Shown piece after piece: positions 56,547-64,000 of a DNA stretch of 64,000 nucleotides. The DNA lies in sequence record PQ015379.1. One strand, 5' to 3'. Below the pieces are notes generated by a model, which saw nothing but the letters and a program-made list of their open reading frames with translations, was not told where the DNA came from and searched no databases. Position numbers and translations under genes: made by a program. Every line of letters begins with the position of its first letter. The stretch's first letter is position 1.

Positions 56547-57818
56547 ATGGCTCAAGCGTCGCTCAACATCGAAGGAATGGCGTTTTGTACGCTGGACATT
56601 GCCGGAAGTTCCATGCCCCCTTCCATGAGCATGATCGAAAATATTCTGATCATGGAAGGTTTCGGCATGGGTTTGCCGACCATGCGCCTAAGTCTTTTTG
56701 ACGAAAAAGAAACCTTGAGCCGTGACCTCAACCTGAAGGAAGGTTCTACCATTTCTATTCGGTTGGGGAAGACGGCAGACTCGGCACCAGAATTCAAATT
56801 CCGCGTGTTCGGCTGGGGCCGTCACCGGAACTCAAGCGGTAAGGTTTTGAACGTGGTGTGCATCCTCGACGCCCCGAAGTTTGGGGCAGGCGCATTTGCA
56901 GAATCTTTCGAGGGAAGTTCTTCGAACGTTTTGCAGCAAATTGCAGAACGTTCTGGCCTGCGTTACGAAGGGCCGAAAGGCGACACCAAAGACACACAGG
57001 TTTGGCTCAACATAAACCACACTCGCCTGTCGTTTTCTGAAGACGTGGCGATGCGTGGCTACGTGAGCGATTCCAGCTGCATGGCACGCACCGTGCGCAT
57101 GGACGGCACACTGGTTTACAAAGACCTGATGGCCGTTCTGAAAGAGCAACCGAAAAACACCCTGATCCACAACAAGGACGGGGCGGGCGCCTCCGGTAAC
57201 GCGGTCGATGTGCGCGAAGCAAAAGACCGAAGCTATTCCGGATTGTTTTCGCATTTCGTGAACTACGGCCACAAGCTGTTCGGACACGACTTCGGTTCTG
57301 AGGAAGCATCGTTTTCAATTGAATCTATCGACGTTGACGCGCCTAGCAGCGCCGGGGTTCCGGTTAACGCGGAAGTGTTGGCCATGCTCAAGGATCGCGG
57401 GGCACGTGTTACCTACAGCGGCTTCGATCCCGGCACCGGTCCCGACGAAGGTTTCAACATTCACGAAAAATACGAACGCGCCTATTACCAAAATGTGCGC
57501 CTGCTTTCGATGTTCAGTGAGGGCGTGATTGCCCTTACGGATTCAGCAACGGAAGTGAAAACTTTCGAATCCATCGATTACCAACAGGGGGCCGGTGCGA
57601 AAGGGCCGGGCACCCCAGCACCAAACGATATTGCAGGGCGTTACATCGTGGGCGGCAAGACGATTCTGATCAAAGGCGGTAAGAAATATTCCGAACTCTT
57701 TTATCTGTATCGTCCGTTCCTCACTGAATCCGGTAATCCAACCGGCACCGATGCCCCTAAAAAGACCGTGAGCGCATCTAGCTCCGGCGTCAACACTAGC
57801 AGCCGAAACTTCAGCTAA
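56547..57818 (+). CDS. Baseplate hub protein (gp27/GpD-like, 423 aa)
   Basis: Position; SSSNVLQQIAERSGL; DTQVWL; DGTLVYK pattern. Confidence 0.55.
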   Translation: MAQASLNIEGMAFCTLDIAGSSMPPSMSMIENILIMEGFGMGLPTMRLSLFDEKETLSRDLNLKEGSTISIRLGKTADSAPEFKFRVFGWGRHRNSSGKVLNVVCILDAPKFGAGAFAESFEGSSSNVLQQIAERSGLRYEGPKGDTKDTQVWLNINHTRLSFSEDVAMRGYVSDSSCMARTVRMDGTLVYKDLMAVLKEQPKNTLIHNKDGAGASGNAVDVREAKDRSYSGLFSHFVNYGHKLFGHDFGSEEASFSIESIDVDAPSSAGVPVNAEVLAMLKDRGARVTYSGFDPGTGPDEGFNIHEKYERAYYQNVRLLSMFSEGVIALTDSATEVKTFESIDYQQGAGAKGPGTPAPNDIAGRYIVGGKTILIKGGKKYSELFYLYRPFLTESGNPTGTDAPKKTVSASSSGVNTSSRNFS

Positions 57819-58057
57819 TGATTGAAATCTATATCGACAATCGAGGCAATCCGGCCCGTGTGGAAGAAACTGTAAACACACTGGGTCTGGAAGTGATTGG
57901 ACTCGAACACGCCGACGAAGTTAGTTGCGTACAACTGCCTAACTCGCATGGCATTGAAAACCTTTACGTGTTGGATGTTATGTATGTCCGAACAGCAGAA
58001 AAAACTGAGTTGCATCGAAGAAGCGATAGAACAGGTCAAGATGATCAGTTCCATTAG
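57818..58057 (+). CDS. Hypothetical protein; may be the N-terminal half of an ACT-like protein
   Basis: TAATG overlap with the upstream gene; overlaps the next ORF by 74 nt. Confidence 0.45.
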   Translation: MIEIYIDNRGNPARVEETVNTLGLEVIGLEHADEVSCVQLPNSHGIENLYVLDVMYVRTAEKTELHRRSDRTGQDDQFH

Positions 58058-58295
58058 CATCATCAACCAGAATAATCTGGAATATGTGCCGCTGCCGCAC
58101 GTGCTCTACCAGCTGGAAGTTGCAGCCGAGCGCGACAAAGACTCGCGCCGTTTACAAATCACGAAAGTGCTTAACGACCTTTTGCAGGAAGTGCTGAAAC
58201 ACCGCTGTTCGTTTGACCGGGGCGACAAGCTCCACGCGGACGGCGTGATCAGCAAATTCGTGTCCAAAATTTCTGAAATTCAATCGGGGGACTAA
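57984..58295 (+). CDS. Hypothetical protein; may be the C-terminal half of the above
   Basis: Typical codon usage from ATG 57984; weak RBS. Confidence 0.5.
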   Translation: MSEQQKKLSCIEEAIEQVKMISSISIINQNNLEYVPLPHVLYQLEVAAERDKDSRRLQITKVLNDLLQEVLKHRCSFDRGDKLHADGVISKFVSKISEIQSGD

Positions 58296-58298
58296 GTA

Positions 58299-59042
58299 AT
58301 GCCGGGAATCATGTCGGATCGCTGGATCGACAGCATGTGCCAACCGCAACGCAAGGCGCTGTTTATCAATGGCGAATTCTACGCGTGGGCTAACACTCAC
58401 AAGGCCCGCAAAGCCCGTGAATTGCCGCCGTGTGGTGCGCGCCTGTTGAAAGAAAAGATCATCGACCAAACGCCGATGATTTCTCCGTATTCCGGCAAGC
58501 AAGTTTCGCAGGTCAAGTACAAGGCGCTGGGCGATGACGATGGCGAACGTTCGGTTCACAAAATCATTCCGTACGGCCTGAGCAGCTACGGCTACGACAT
58601 TCGCGTCGGCAACGAATTCAAGATTTTCACCAACCTGAATACCACGGTTGTTGATCCGAAGAATTTCACCGAAGACAATTTCGTCACCAAGAAAGTTCGT
58701 GACGGTCAAGCGGTGATCATTCCGCCGAACAGCTTTGCGCTGGCCAACACGCCCGAGCAATTCAAAATCGACCGGGATACGCTGGTTGTGTGCCTCGGAA
58801 AATCGACGTATGCCCGTTGCGGCATTATCGTAAACGTCACGCCGCTGGAACCCGAGTGGGAAGGTTCGCTGACCCTCGAATTCAGCAACACGACGCCGCT
58901 ACCTGCCATGATCTACGCGGGCGAAGGCTGTGCACAAATCCTGTTCCTTTCCGGCGACGACGACTGCGAAGTTTCGTACGCTGATCGCAAAGGCAAATAC
59001 ATGAATCAGTCGGCGGTTCCGACTGCGCCGAAAATGCTGTGA
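58299..59042 (+). CDS. dcd: dCTP deaminase
   Basis: [47 protein letters not shown]. Confidence 0.93.
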   Translation: MPGIMSDRWIDSMCQPQRKALFINGEFYAWANTHKARKARELPPCGARLLKEKIIDQTPMISPYSGKQVSQVKYKALGDDDGERSVHKIIPYGLSSYGYDIRVGNEFKIFTNLNTTVVDPKNFTEDNFVTKKVRDGQAVIIPPNSFALANTPEQFKIDRDTLVVCLGKSTYARCGIIVNVTPLEPEWEGSLTLEFSNTTPLPAMIYAGEGCAQILFLSGDDDCEVSYADRKGKYMNQSAVPTAPKML

Positions 59043-59049
59043 GGAACAA

Positions 59050-59397
59050 ATGAGCGACGATTTCGACGGACTTATCGAAGGCGTTGCGGAACTGCTGGGC
59101 GAACTGGTTTCGTTGGTTGATTTTTCCAGTTCGTCGAGTAGTGCAGTGGCCGGGGCTGCGCTGGCCCCAGCTGCTGAGGTGCCGCACCCGGATTACCCGG
59201 CTGGTTGTGAATTCCGCGTCAAGGAAAACGACTGGTGGGATGGCATCGACACTGGCGACGTTCTGACAGTGGTCAAAAGCTCGATGCACGACGTGTTGTT
59301 CGAATTGCCGAACGGAAGAAAGTTGAATGTTCCGATGGGTGTAATCGATGACTTCGAAAGGATTCCCGATGCAGCCAAAGGATCATCTGAAGAGTAA
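59050..59397 (+). CDS. Hypothetical protein with SH3-like beta-barrel segment
   Basis: GAGG RBS; YPAGCEFRV..IDTGDVLTVV..VLFE pattern. Confidence 0.6.
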   Translation: MSDDFDGLIEGVAELLGELVSLVDFSSSSSSAVAGAALAPAAEVPHPDYPAGCEFRVKENDWWDGIDTGDVLTVVKSSMHDVLFELPNGRKLNVPMGVIDDFERIPDAAKGSSEE

Positions 59398-59542
59398 GGC
59401 CCCGAAATACAAAACTCGCGTCCGACCGACTTCTCGCGGCGAGTTTATGGCCTACAGCTTTTTTGGTTACTACGTGGGGTACGGATCGTCGATTGAATCC
59501 GCCGTACTTCGCCACCGCAAAATTCTATGTGAGTTGACCTGA
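59369..59542 (+). CDS. Small hypothetical protein
   Basis: AAGGA RBS; fills the gap and ends in a TGATG overlap with the next ORF. Confidence 0.4.
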   Translation: MQPKDHLKSKAPKYKTRVRPTSRGEFMAYSFFGYYVGYGSSIESAVLRHRKILCELT

Positions 59543-59886
59543 TGAAAATCGAAATGAATCTGACTGTCCCGGCCAACAACGGCGTGCCTGCATGGCTGAA
59601 CTGGCTTCGTGTCTACTTCAAACTGTGGCACCCGGCCCTGATGTACACGCTGTTTATCTGGTATCTCTGCGGCACGGTTTTCGACGGTCCGAAAATTCTT
59701 TTCAGCAAAGTAATCGACGGGTACACCGTCACCATCATGGAATCCTCGCGCACTTGGGGTTCGTGGGATCATTTCCTGTTGGTCGTGCTAGGTGCCTGTA
59801 TATGGAGCTACACTAGCGCGACTTTCCCGCGCTGGTGGAAAACCATTCGCCGCCTGAATTACAACCGCGTTTCGCGGATCGGTTAA
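59542..59886 (+). CDS. Membrane protein (2 predicted TM helices)
   Basis: ALMYTLFIWYLCGTVF and FLLVVLGACIWSY. Confidence 0.6.
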   Translation: MKIEMNLTVPANNGVPAWLNWLRVYFKLWHPALMYTLFIWYLCGTVFDGPKILFSKVIDGYTVTIMESSRTWGSWDHFLLVVLGACIWSYTSATFPRWWKTIRRLNYNRVSRIG

Positions 59887-59953
59887 AAATGAACGGGATT
59901 TGCCTTGCGGTAGATCCCGTTTTTCGTATCTAAAAACTAAAAGGAATTGCCTG

Positions 59954-60214
59954 ATGCCTCGCGCCCTGTTTGTTTGGATTATTTGCGTTTCGATCACCGT
60001 GGTTGCTGTGTGCCTTTCACACATCGGCATTCTGACCTTCGGCATTTGGTCCCGCTATCAGGGCGTGATGCCGGAAATGTTTTGGTCGGTCGTGGCCGCT
60101 GCTGTGCTGCCTCTGTTCTTTTTGAGTTTCCTGCTGATTTGCTGCACCTGCCTTTTTGTTTGGTCGGTGAAGCGTCTCTTCCAACGTTCTGCAAACCTTC
60201 CGGATTTCATGTGA
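59954..60214 (+). CDS. Membrane protein (2 predicted TM helices)
   Basis: AAGGA RBS; two long hydrophobic stretches. Confidence 0.6.
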   Translation: MPRALFVWIICVSITVVAVCLSHIGILTFGIWSRYQGVMPEMFWSVVAAAVLPLFFLSFLLICCTCLFVWSVKRLFQRSANLPDFM

Positions 60215-60468
60215 TGAATCGTGTTGGCCTTTGGTTGATTGTCGTACTTATGCCAAGCTTGATGCTTGCGCTTTTGGGTTGTGCTGTGATGATTGTTAAA
60301 CTGGCATTGCAGCAGTTTACGTGGATGAATGAACACGCCATGAATTGGCATGCGCTAGGCTTTTCGGTGCTCGGTTTGTTCGGCGTATTCATTTCGATTT
60401 CGTTGCTTCGTGATGGCATTCTGCTTTCCAAAACAGCTTTCAACGACATTCGGGCATTAAAAGGGTAA
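60214..60468 (+). CDS. Membrane protein (2 predicted TM helices)
   Basis: TGATG overlap; two hydrophobic stretches. Confidence 0.6.
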   Translation: MNRVGLWLIVVLMPSLMLALLGCAVMIVKLALQQFTWMNEHAMNWHALGFSVLGLFGVFISISLLRDGILLSKTAFNDIRALKG

Positions 60469-60472
60469 TTTA
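60466..60472 (+). promoter_or_regulatory. TAATTTA putative late promoter motif
   Basis: Overlaps the upstream stop, precedes the 60525 gene. Confidence 0.55.
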
Positions 60473-60524
60473 ATGATAGGGTTCGCATTTATGCGTTCAT
60501 CTTTCAACCAAAAAAGGATCTTCT

Positions 60525-61454
60525 ATGAACGTCCAGAATTACACTGGCGTGCTGGCTGCGATCATTGCAGCCCAGCAGGAAGCCGGTGATCCCTCGGCGA
60601 TTCGTCGCATCACTGTCACCGAAGCTGAAATGGATGAAATCGTTAAATCTGGTGCGTTCCGGAAAACGACCAATACCCACTACGGCGGCTCGGATACTCC
60701 GGTGTTTTCCAACATCGAATCCGGCTCGGACGGCAAAGTCATTTCGCTGTACTTCCTCGGCACCCTGATTTGTCTTGGCCCGTGGGAACCGACCGGCGCC
60801 CTTGCCGGTGTTACCTATGGCCCGCTGACTGTTCAGCAAAAAGGCAAAACCGCGTTCGTGCGTAACGTCAACGGCACCGATTACATGCTGGTCGGCAAAG
60901 GCAATCCGGCTGATGATTTTGTGCTTGGTAAAAACGCAAATATCGAACTGGGGATCGCTGTTCGCAAGGTCAACGATTCCACCTACTACGGCGACGGCGC
61001 GGGCGGTTTCGAAATCGAGTTGGACGAAGCGCTGGGCGAGTCGTGGAACTTCGCGGTTACTGTTGGTTCGCTGAAAGCTGGCGTGACCGACGTAACGGAA
61101 ATGTACGACATTTCGTTGTTCCTCGACGTGGACGGGACCGGCGCAGAAAACGCGATCAAGTGGGATCTGCAATACACCCCGCGTCTCGAAGGCGGTGGCA
61201 AAAACTACGCGTGGTTCAATCAGGGCATTCGTGTAATCAACGACGCGACGACCAACCCTGAAGGCACCGTTTCGCAGATGATTCAGCGTTACGAATTCCC
61301 GTTCATTTCCCACGCGTTGCCTGCCTCGACCGAACGCACCAAACAAGGCGTTCCGCTCGGCCTCTACGGCATCAAACTGGTGGCCACGCCACGCCTGACT
61401 GCCGGTGACGCGGTAGAAGTCGAAGTGCTGGCGACCGTCGCAAAAAAGTCGTAA
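60525..61454 (+). CDS. Putative virion appendage protein, short product (309 aa)
   Basis: AAGGA RBS, biased codons, beta-rich; ends GCA AAA AAG TCG TAA. Confidence 0.75.
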   Translation: MNVQNYTGVLAAIIAAQQEAGDPSAIRRITVTEAEMDEIVKSGAFRKTTNTHYGGSDTPVFSNIESGSDGKVISLYFLGTLICLGPWEPTGALAGVTYGPLTVQQKGKTAFVRNVNGTDYMLVGKGNPADDFVLGKNANIELGIAVRKVNDSTYYGDGAGGFEIELDEALGESWNFAVTVGSLKAGVTDVTEMYDISLFLDVDGTGAENAIKWDLQYTPRLEGGGKNYAWFNQGIRVINDATTNPEGTVSQMIQRYEFPFISHALPASTERTKQGVPLGLYGIKLVATPRLTAGDAVEVEVLATVAKKS

Positions 61455-61495
61455 AACCTGTTCCGCGACGTTCGCTAGTTGTCGGTGGTTCAGGT
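61442..61495 (+). other. Programmed -1 frameshift signal (A_AAA_AAG plus hairpin)
   Basis: Canonical heptamer 61442-61448, 7-nt spacer, ACCTG..CCGCGAC/GTCG.TGG..CAGGT stem. Confidence 0.8.
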
Positions 61496-62254
61496 ACGGC
61501 CCAAGATGGAAACGGTTTATACGTTCAGTCTAACGGTTTCGTACCTGCGTCTGTTGCCGCGAATATTTCCGGTGTTGCTGCTGGCCTCGGTCGGTACATC
61601 GCTGTAGGTTCCGGGGTCTACGAATCGGTTGATAAAACCACGTGGACCGCAACGGATGTAAATCTCGCGTTTTCTCACATTGTTTTCGTCGATAAGTTTT
61701 ATGCGACGGTGGATGGTGTGGGGATTTACGCACTCGATCAAGACTGGACGCTTGTTCATGAGTTTGACGGCAATTTTGTGTGTGCACGGAACATTGGTGT
61801 TCCTGCATTCGGCACTGATCGGGGAACCGTGATTGCTGGCCCCGATTGGCAGGAAATTTCAGTCGGTGCCGGTCGCGTCTGGCTCACTGGGCAAGGTGCA
61901 GGATTCCGGGTGGCGCTACACAGCGGCGACCGCCTAGAAACTTTCGCAGGCACTGTGAATTCCCTTGTGTCCGAAGGCTGGTCAGAATTGAATGGGTTGA
62001 ACATCACCGGTTGTTGGTACGATTCGAAAAACAGTCGTACCGTGATCAGTGGTGTGTTCGACGATCAGCCAATTTTCGCCGTGTACAAAAACGGTTGGAC
62101 TTTCAACATCGTTGATCTTGAGGCCCCAGCTGTTTCGTTGGCAGACGGCTACGTGTTGACACACGATGCGGTCTACAGCACTACGGATTATTCGAAGTTC
62201 AACCTGCTACACAGGTTCGAAAACTTCGAGGCAAAAACCATGGTGTTAGTGTGA
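61448..62254 (+). CDS. 268-aa beta-propeller-like C-terminal extension reached by -1 frameshift (fusion 576 aa)
   Basis: -1 frame is open with no ATG/GTG/TTG for 87 codons before 61709; Asp-box-like YESVDKTTW and ~40-aa beta repeats. Confidence 0.75.
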   Translation, partial: VVKPVPRRSLVVGGSGTAQDGNGLYVQSNGFVPASVAANISGVAAGLGRYIAVGSGVYESVDKTTWTATDVNLAFSHIVFVDKFYATVDGVGIYALDQDWTLVHEFDGNFVCARNIGVPAFGTDRGTVIAGPDWQEISVGAGRVWLTGQGAGFRVALHSGDRLETFAGTVNSLVSEGWSELNGLNITGCWYDSKNSRTVISGVFDDQPIFAVYKNGWTFNIVDLEAPAVSLADGYVLTHDAVYSTTDYSKFNLLHRFENFEAKTMVLV

Positions 62255-62257
62255 GGC

Positions 62258-62291
62258 AAGCCCTCGGTTCCCAGTGGATCGAGGGCTTTTT
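62258..62291 (+). terminator. Rho-independent terminator
   Basis: AAGCCCTCG...CGAGGGCTT plus TTT. Confidence 0.85.
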
Positions 62292-62306
62292 CGTTTGCGG
62301 CATAAA

Positions 62307-62315
62307 CTGTAAATA
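62307..62315 (+). promoter_or_regulatory. CTGTAAATA putative phage promoter motif
   Basis: Between a terminator and the next gene, as at 14598. Confidence 0.55.
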
Positions 62316-62342
62316 CATGACATACAATCATGGAGTCCTGCC

Positions 62343-62831
62343 GTGAAAGACCATCTTGATATTTACCACGACATTGCTGGATCGCTGTTAGCCCCGGATG
62401 ACGTGGCGCCGCCCTACATTTTCTGCTGGGAAATTTTGGGCCATCCTACGGTGTGCGAAGTGCTGAACCGTCGCGAAATTCACGCCGGGTTAAACCCGCC
62501 GCCACTGATCCGCATGGAAATGGTGCTGCACGACCGGATCAGTTTCGAACCAATCCGCCTGCGTGTGCACACCGTGGATGATCTGGAAAATCGCCGCCCT
62601 GTTCCGATCTTCGGGCTGGTGATGGCGCTGCGTGTGAAAATGCAGGAAAGCATGACTGCGTGGGAGAAGTACCACGGTCCCGATCCAATGTACTGCATTC
62701 GGCCCTTGATGCACAGGTTGGATGGCCAGCTTTTCTACGTGCAAAGCTACGAAGAAATTTCGTTGAATAGCGAATTCGAATTCAACCTTTCCATCGTCCC
62801 TTACTTTGGTAAACTCGATGACCAATCTTAG
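62343..62831 (+). CDS. Hypothetical protein (162 aa, GTG start)
   Basis: GGAG RBS. Confidence 0.65.
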   Translation: MKDHLDIYHDIAGSLLAPDDVAPPYIFCWEILGHPTVCEVLNRREIHAGLNPPPLIRMEMVLHDRISFEPIRLRVHTVDDLENRRPVPIFGLVMALRVKMQESMTAWEKYHGPDPMYCIRPLMHRLDGQLFYVQSYEEISLNSEFEFNLSIVPYFGKLDDQS

Positions 62832-63450
62832 TTCCCGGTTGGCGGCCTACAAATACTACAAGTCCCTCGGAAAATTCACGGAGGATTTGCTGGATCTTTT
62901 CGGCACGCCGCGCACCAAGCCGCATTACATTCAACTCGACATGGGCGATTGTCGCCTGTGGATGCGCCCGCTGGGTGCCGAGCGTTATCACGAACGCCGC
63001 GTGGTGGAAATGGAAGCCTTCGGCAAATTCGTGAAGTTGCCCGGTGTGCCGGAACAGCCGCGTATCATTGCCAGTTTCGCCCTGCATGAAAAACACGAAG
63101 GGCGCATCGGTGCATTCAACAAAACGGTCAAGATTTGCGGCCATCCGTTCCATCCGCGCCACTTCCAAGTGCACCGTGGGCACGGCGGCGAAGAAAACAT
63201 CGTTGAGTTCGAATGGATTCAGGAAGGTTTCGGTTATTCGTCTCACGTTCAGCAGCGCGAAGAGTGCCGCCGAATCCAACACAACTTCCGGCCTCAAGCC
63301 GTGTTCGGTACTCCGGAATTCGAGTCCGAAAAATACAAATGGCAAGATCGACACAACTGGTCGCCGCGCAACCGCAAACGCCCGATCAAACTGAGTTACG
63401 AAGTCGATCTGCAATACGATTATGACTACGACGCAGACGAATACGAATAA
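62818..63450 (+). CDS. Hypothetical protein
   Basis: ORF with typical codon usage. Confidence 0.65.
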   Translation: MTNLSSRLAAYKYYKSLGKFTEDLLDLFGTPRTKPHYIQLDMGDCRLWMRPLGAERYHERRVVEMEAFGKFVKLPGVPEQPRIIASFALHEKHEGRIGAFNKTVKICGHPFHPRHFQVHRGHGGEENIVEFEWIQEGFGYSSHVQQREECRRIQHNFRPQAVFGTPEFESEKYKWQDRHNWSPRNRKRPIKLSYEVDLQYDYDYDADEYE

Positions 63451-63459
63451 GGAAACAGA

Positions 63460-63804
63460 ATGGAAATTCAAGAACAGCTGGAAGCTGTGCGGGCCTACAA
63501 AGGTACGGTGCGTATCTCGGTAGGGGCCAACACGGTGGACGCCAACGTTTGGAGCACGCAGCACGTGCCGGAAAACAAAGGCATTCCAGAACACATTAAC
63601 GCCGGTTTTCAACTGCTGGCAAAACCGGAACAACTGATCAGCATTCAGCAGGAAGTTATCGACGACCTTTTGATGCAAAACTTCTGTTCGATTTCCGTGC
63701 TGGCGCAGACGCGTAGCAGCTGGGATATTCGGGAATCGATGGAGCTTCTGAAAAACGAACACGGCGATTACCGCTGGCTGATCCATGCGAGGATTTTCCT
63801 GTGA
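63460..63804 (+). CDS. Hypothetical protein (114 aa)
   Basis: AAGGA RBS. Confidence 0.65.
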   Translation: MEIQEQLEAVRAYKGTVRISVGANTVDANVWSTQHVPENKGIPEHINAGFQLLAKPEQLISIQQEVIDDLLMQNFCSISVLAQTRSSWDIRESMELLKNEHGDYRWLIHARIFL

Positions 63805-64000
63805 GCAGCTTTACCACACCGCTGGTTGCGGAATTTGAAGACGACGGAATTCACTACGTCATTTGGCAAATCTTTGCCTACGCAATCGGCATGCTTGGCT
63901 CTGGCATCGTGGTCAGTGTCCCGGTCGGCTACCGCACCGATCTGGCGTCCGTGCCGTGGTGGATTCGCTGGCTGTTGCCGCCGAATGGGAAGTACGGGAA
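63801..64000 (+). CDS. DUF1353-like protein, truncated by the window end
   Basis: GTG start overlapping the upstream stop; VPVGYRTDLASVPW..LPPNGKYG. Confidence 0.7.
   Translation, partial: MSSFTTPLVAEFEDDGIHYVIWQIFAYAIGMLGSGIVVSVPVGYRTDLASVPWWIRWLLPPNGKYG

Noticed and set aside
1-64000. tRNA, rRNA, CRISPR array, IS/transposase or integrase
   Set aside because: Intergenic gaps are short. I saw no cloverleaf/T-loop signature, no regularly spaced repeats and no transposase or recombinase motifs by eye; tRNAscan was not run.

Overview
This is a densely packed segment of a large contractile-tailed (myovirus-type, probably jumbo) phage genome. Every supported gene is on the + strand. The window holds: (i) late/virion genes, namely a prohead protease, scaffold-like proteins, a decoration protein, the major capsid protein, two tail-sheath paralogs, two tube-like and two tail-chaperone paralogs, a tail lysin/tape-measure-like protein with two peptidoglycan hydrolase domains, baseplate proteins and Ig-like fibre proteins; (ii) a replication block with a family A DNA polymerase carrying an N-terminal UDG-like domain, a beta-clamp-like protein, an SF2 (UvsW-like) helicase and a degenerate DnaC-like protein; (iii) an NAD-dependent ligase, dCTP deaminase, a GT2-TPR glycosyltransferase, an HNH nuclease and a 2020-aa SNF2-family ATPase. 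The gene content suggests a PaBG/Lu11/phiRSL1-like phage, but this is inference and no search was run. The most striking unannotated signal is three -1 reading-frame switches in virion genes (about 28.83, 54.37 and 61.44 kb). Each has a shift-prone motif and a downstream hairpin, consistent with programmed ribosomal frameshifting that adds large C-terminal modules. Other highlights: a recurrent AxA/S motif in head proteins resembling herpesvirus assemblin cleavage sites, a small protein starting with an EF-Tu N-terminal look-alike, two phage-specific promoter-like motifs (TAATTTA, CTGTAAATA) and a candidate small RNA inside the head module. I saw no tRNA, rRNA, CRISPR array or IS element. All functional calls come from motif recognition by eye.
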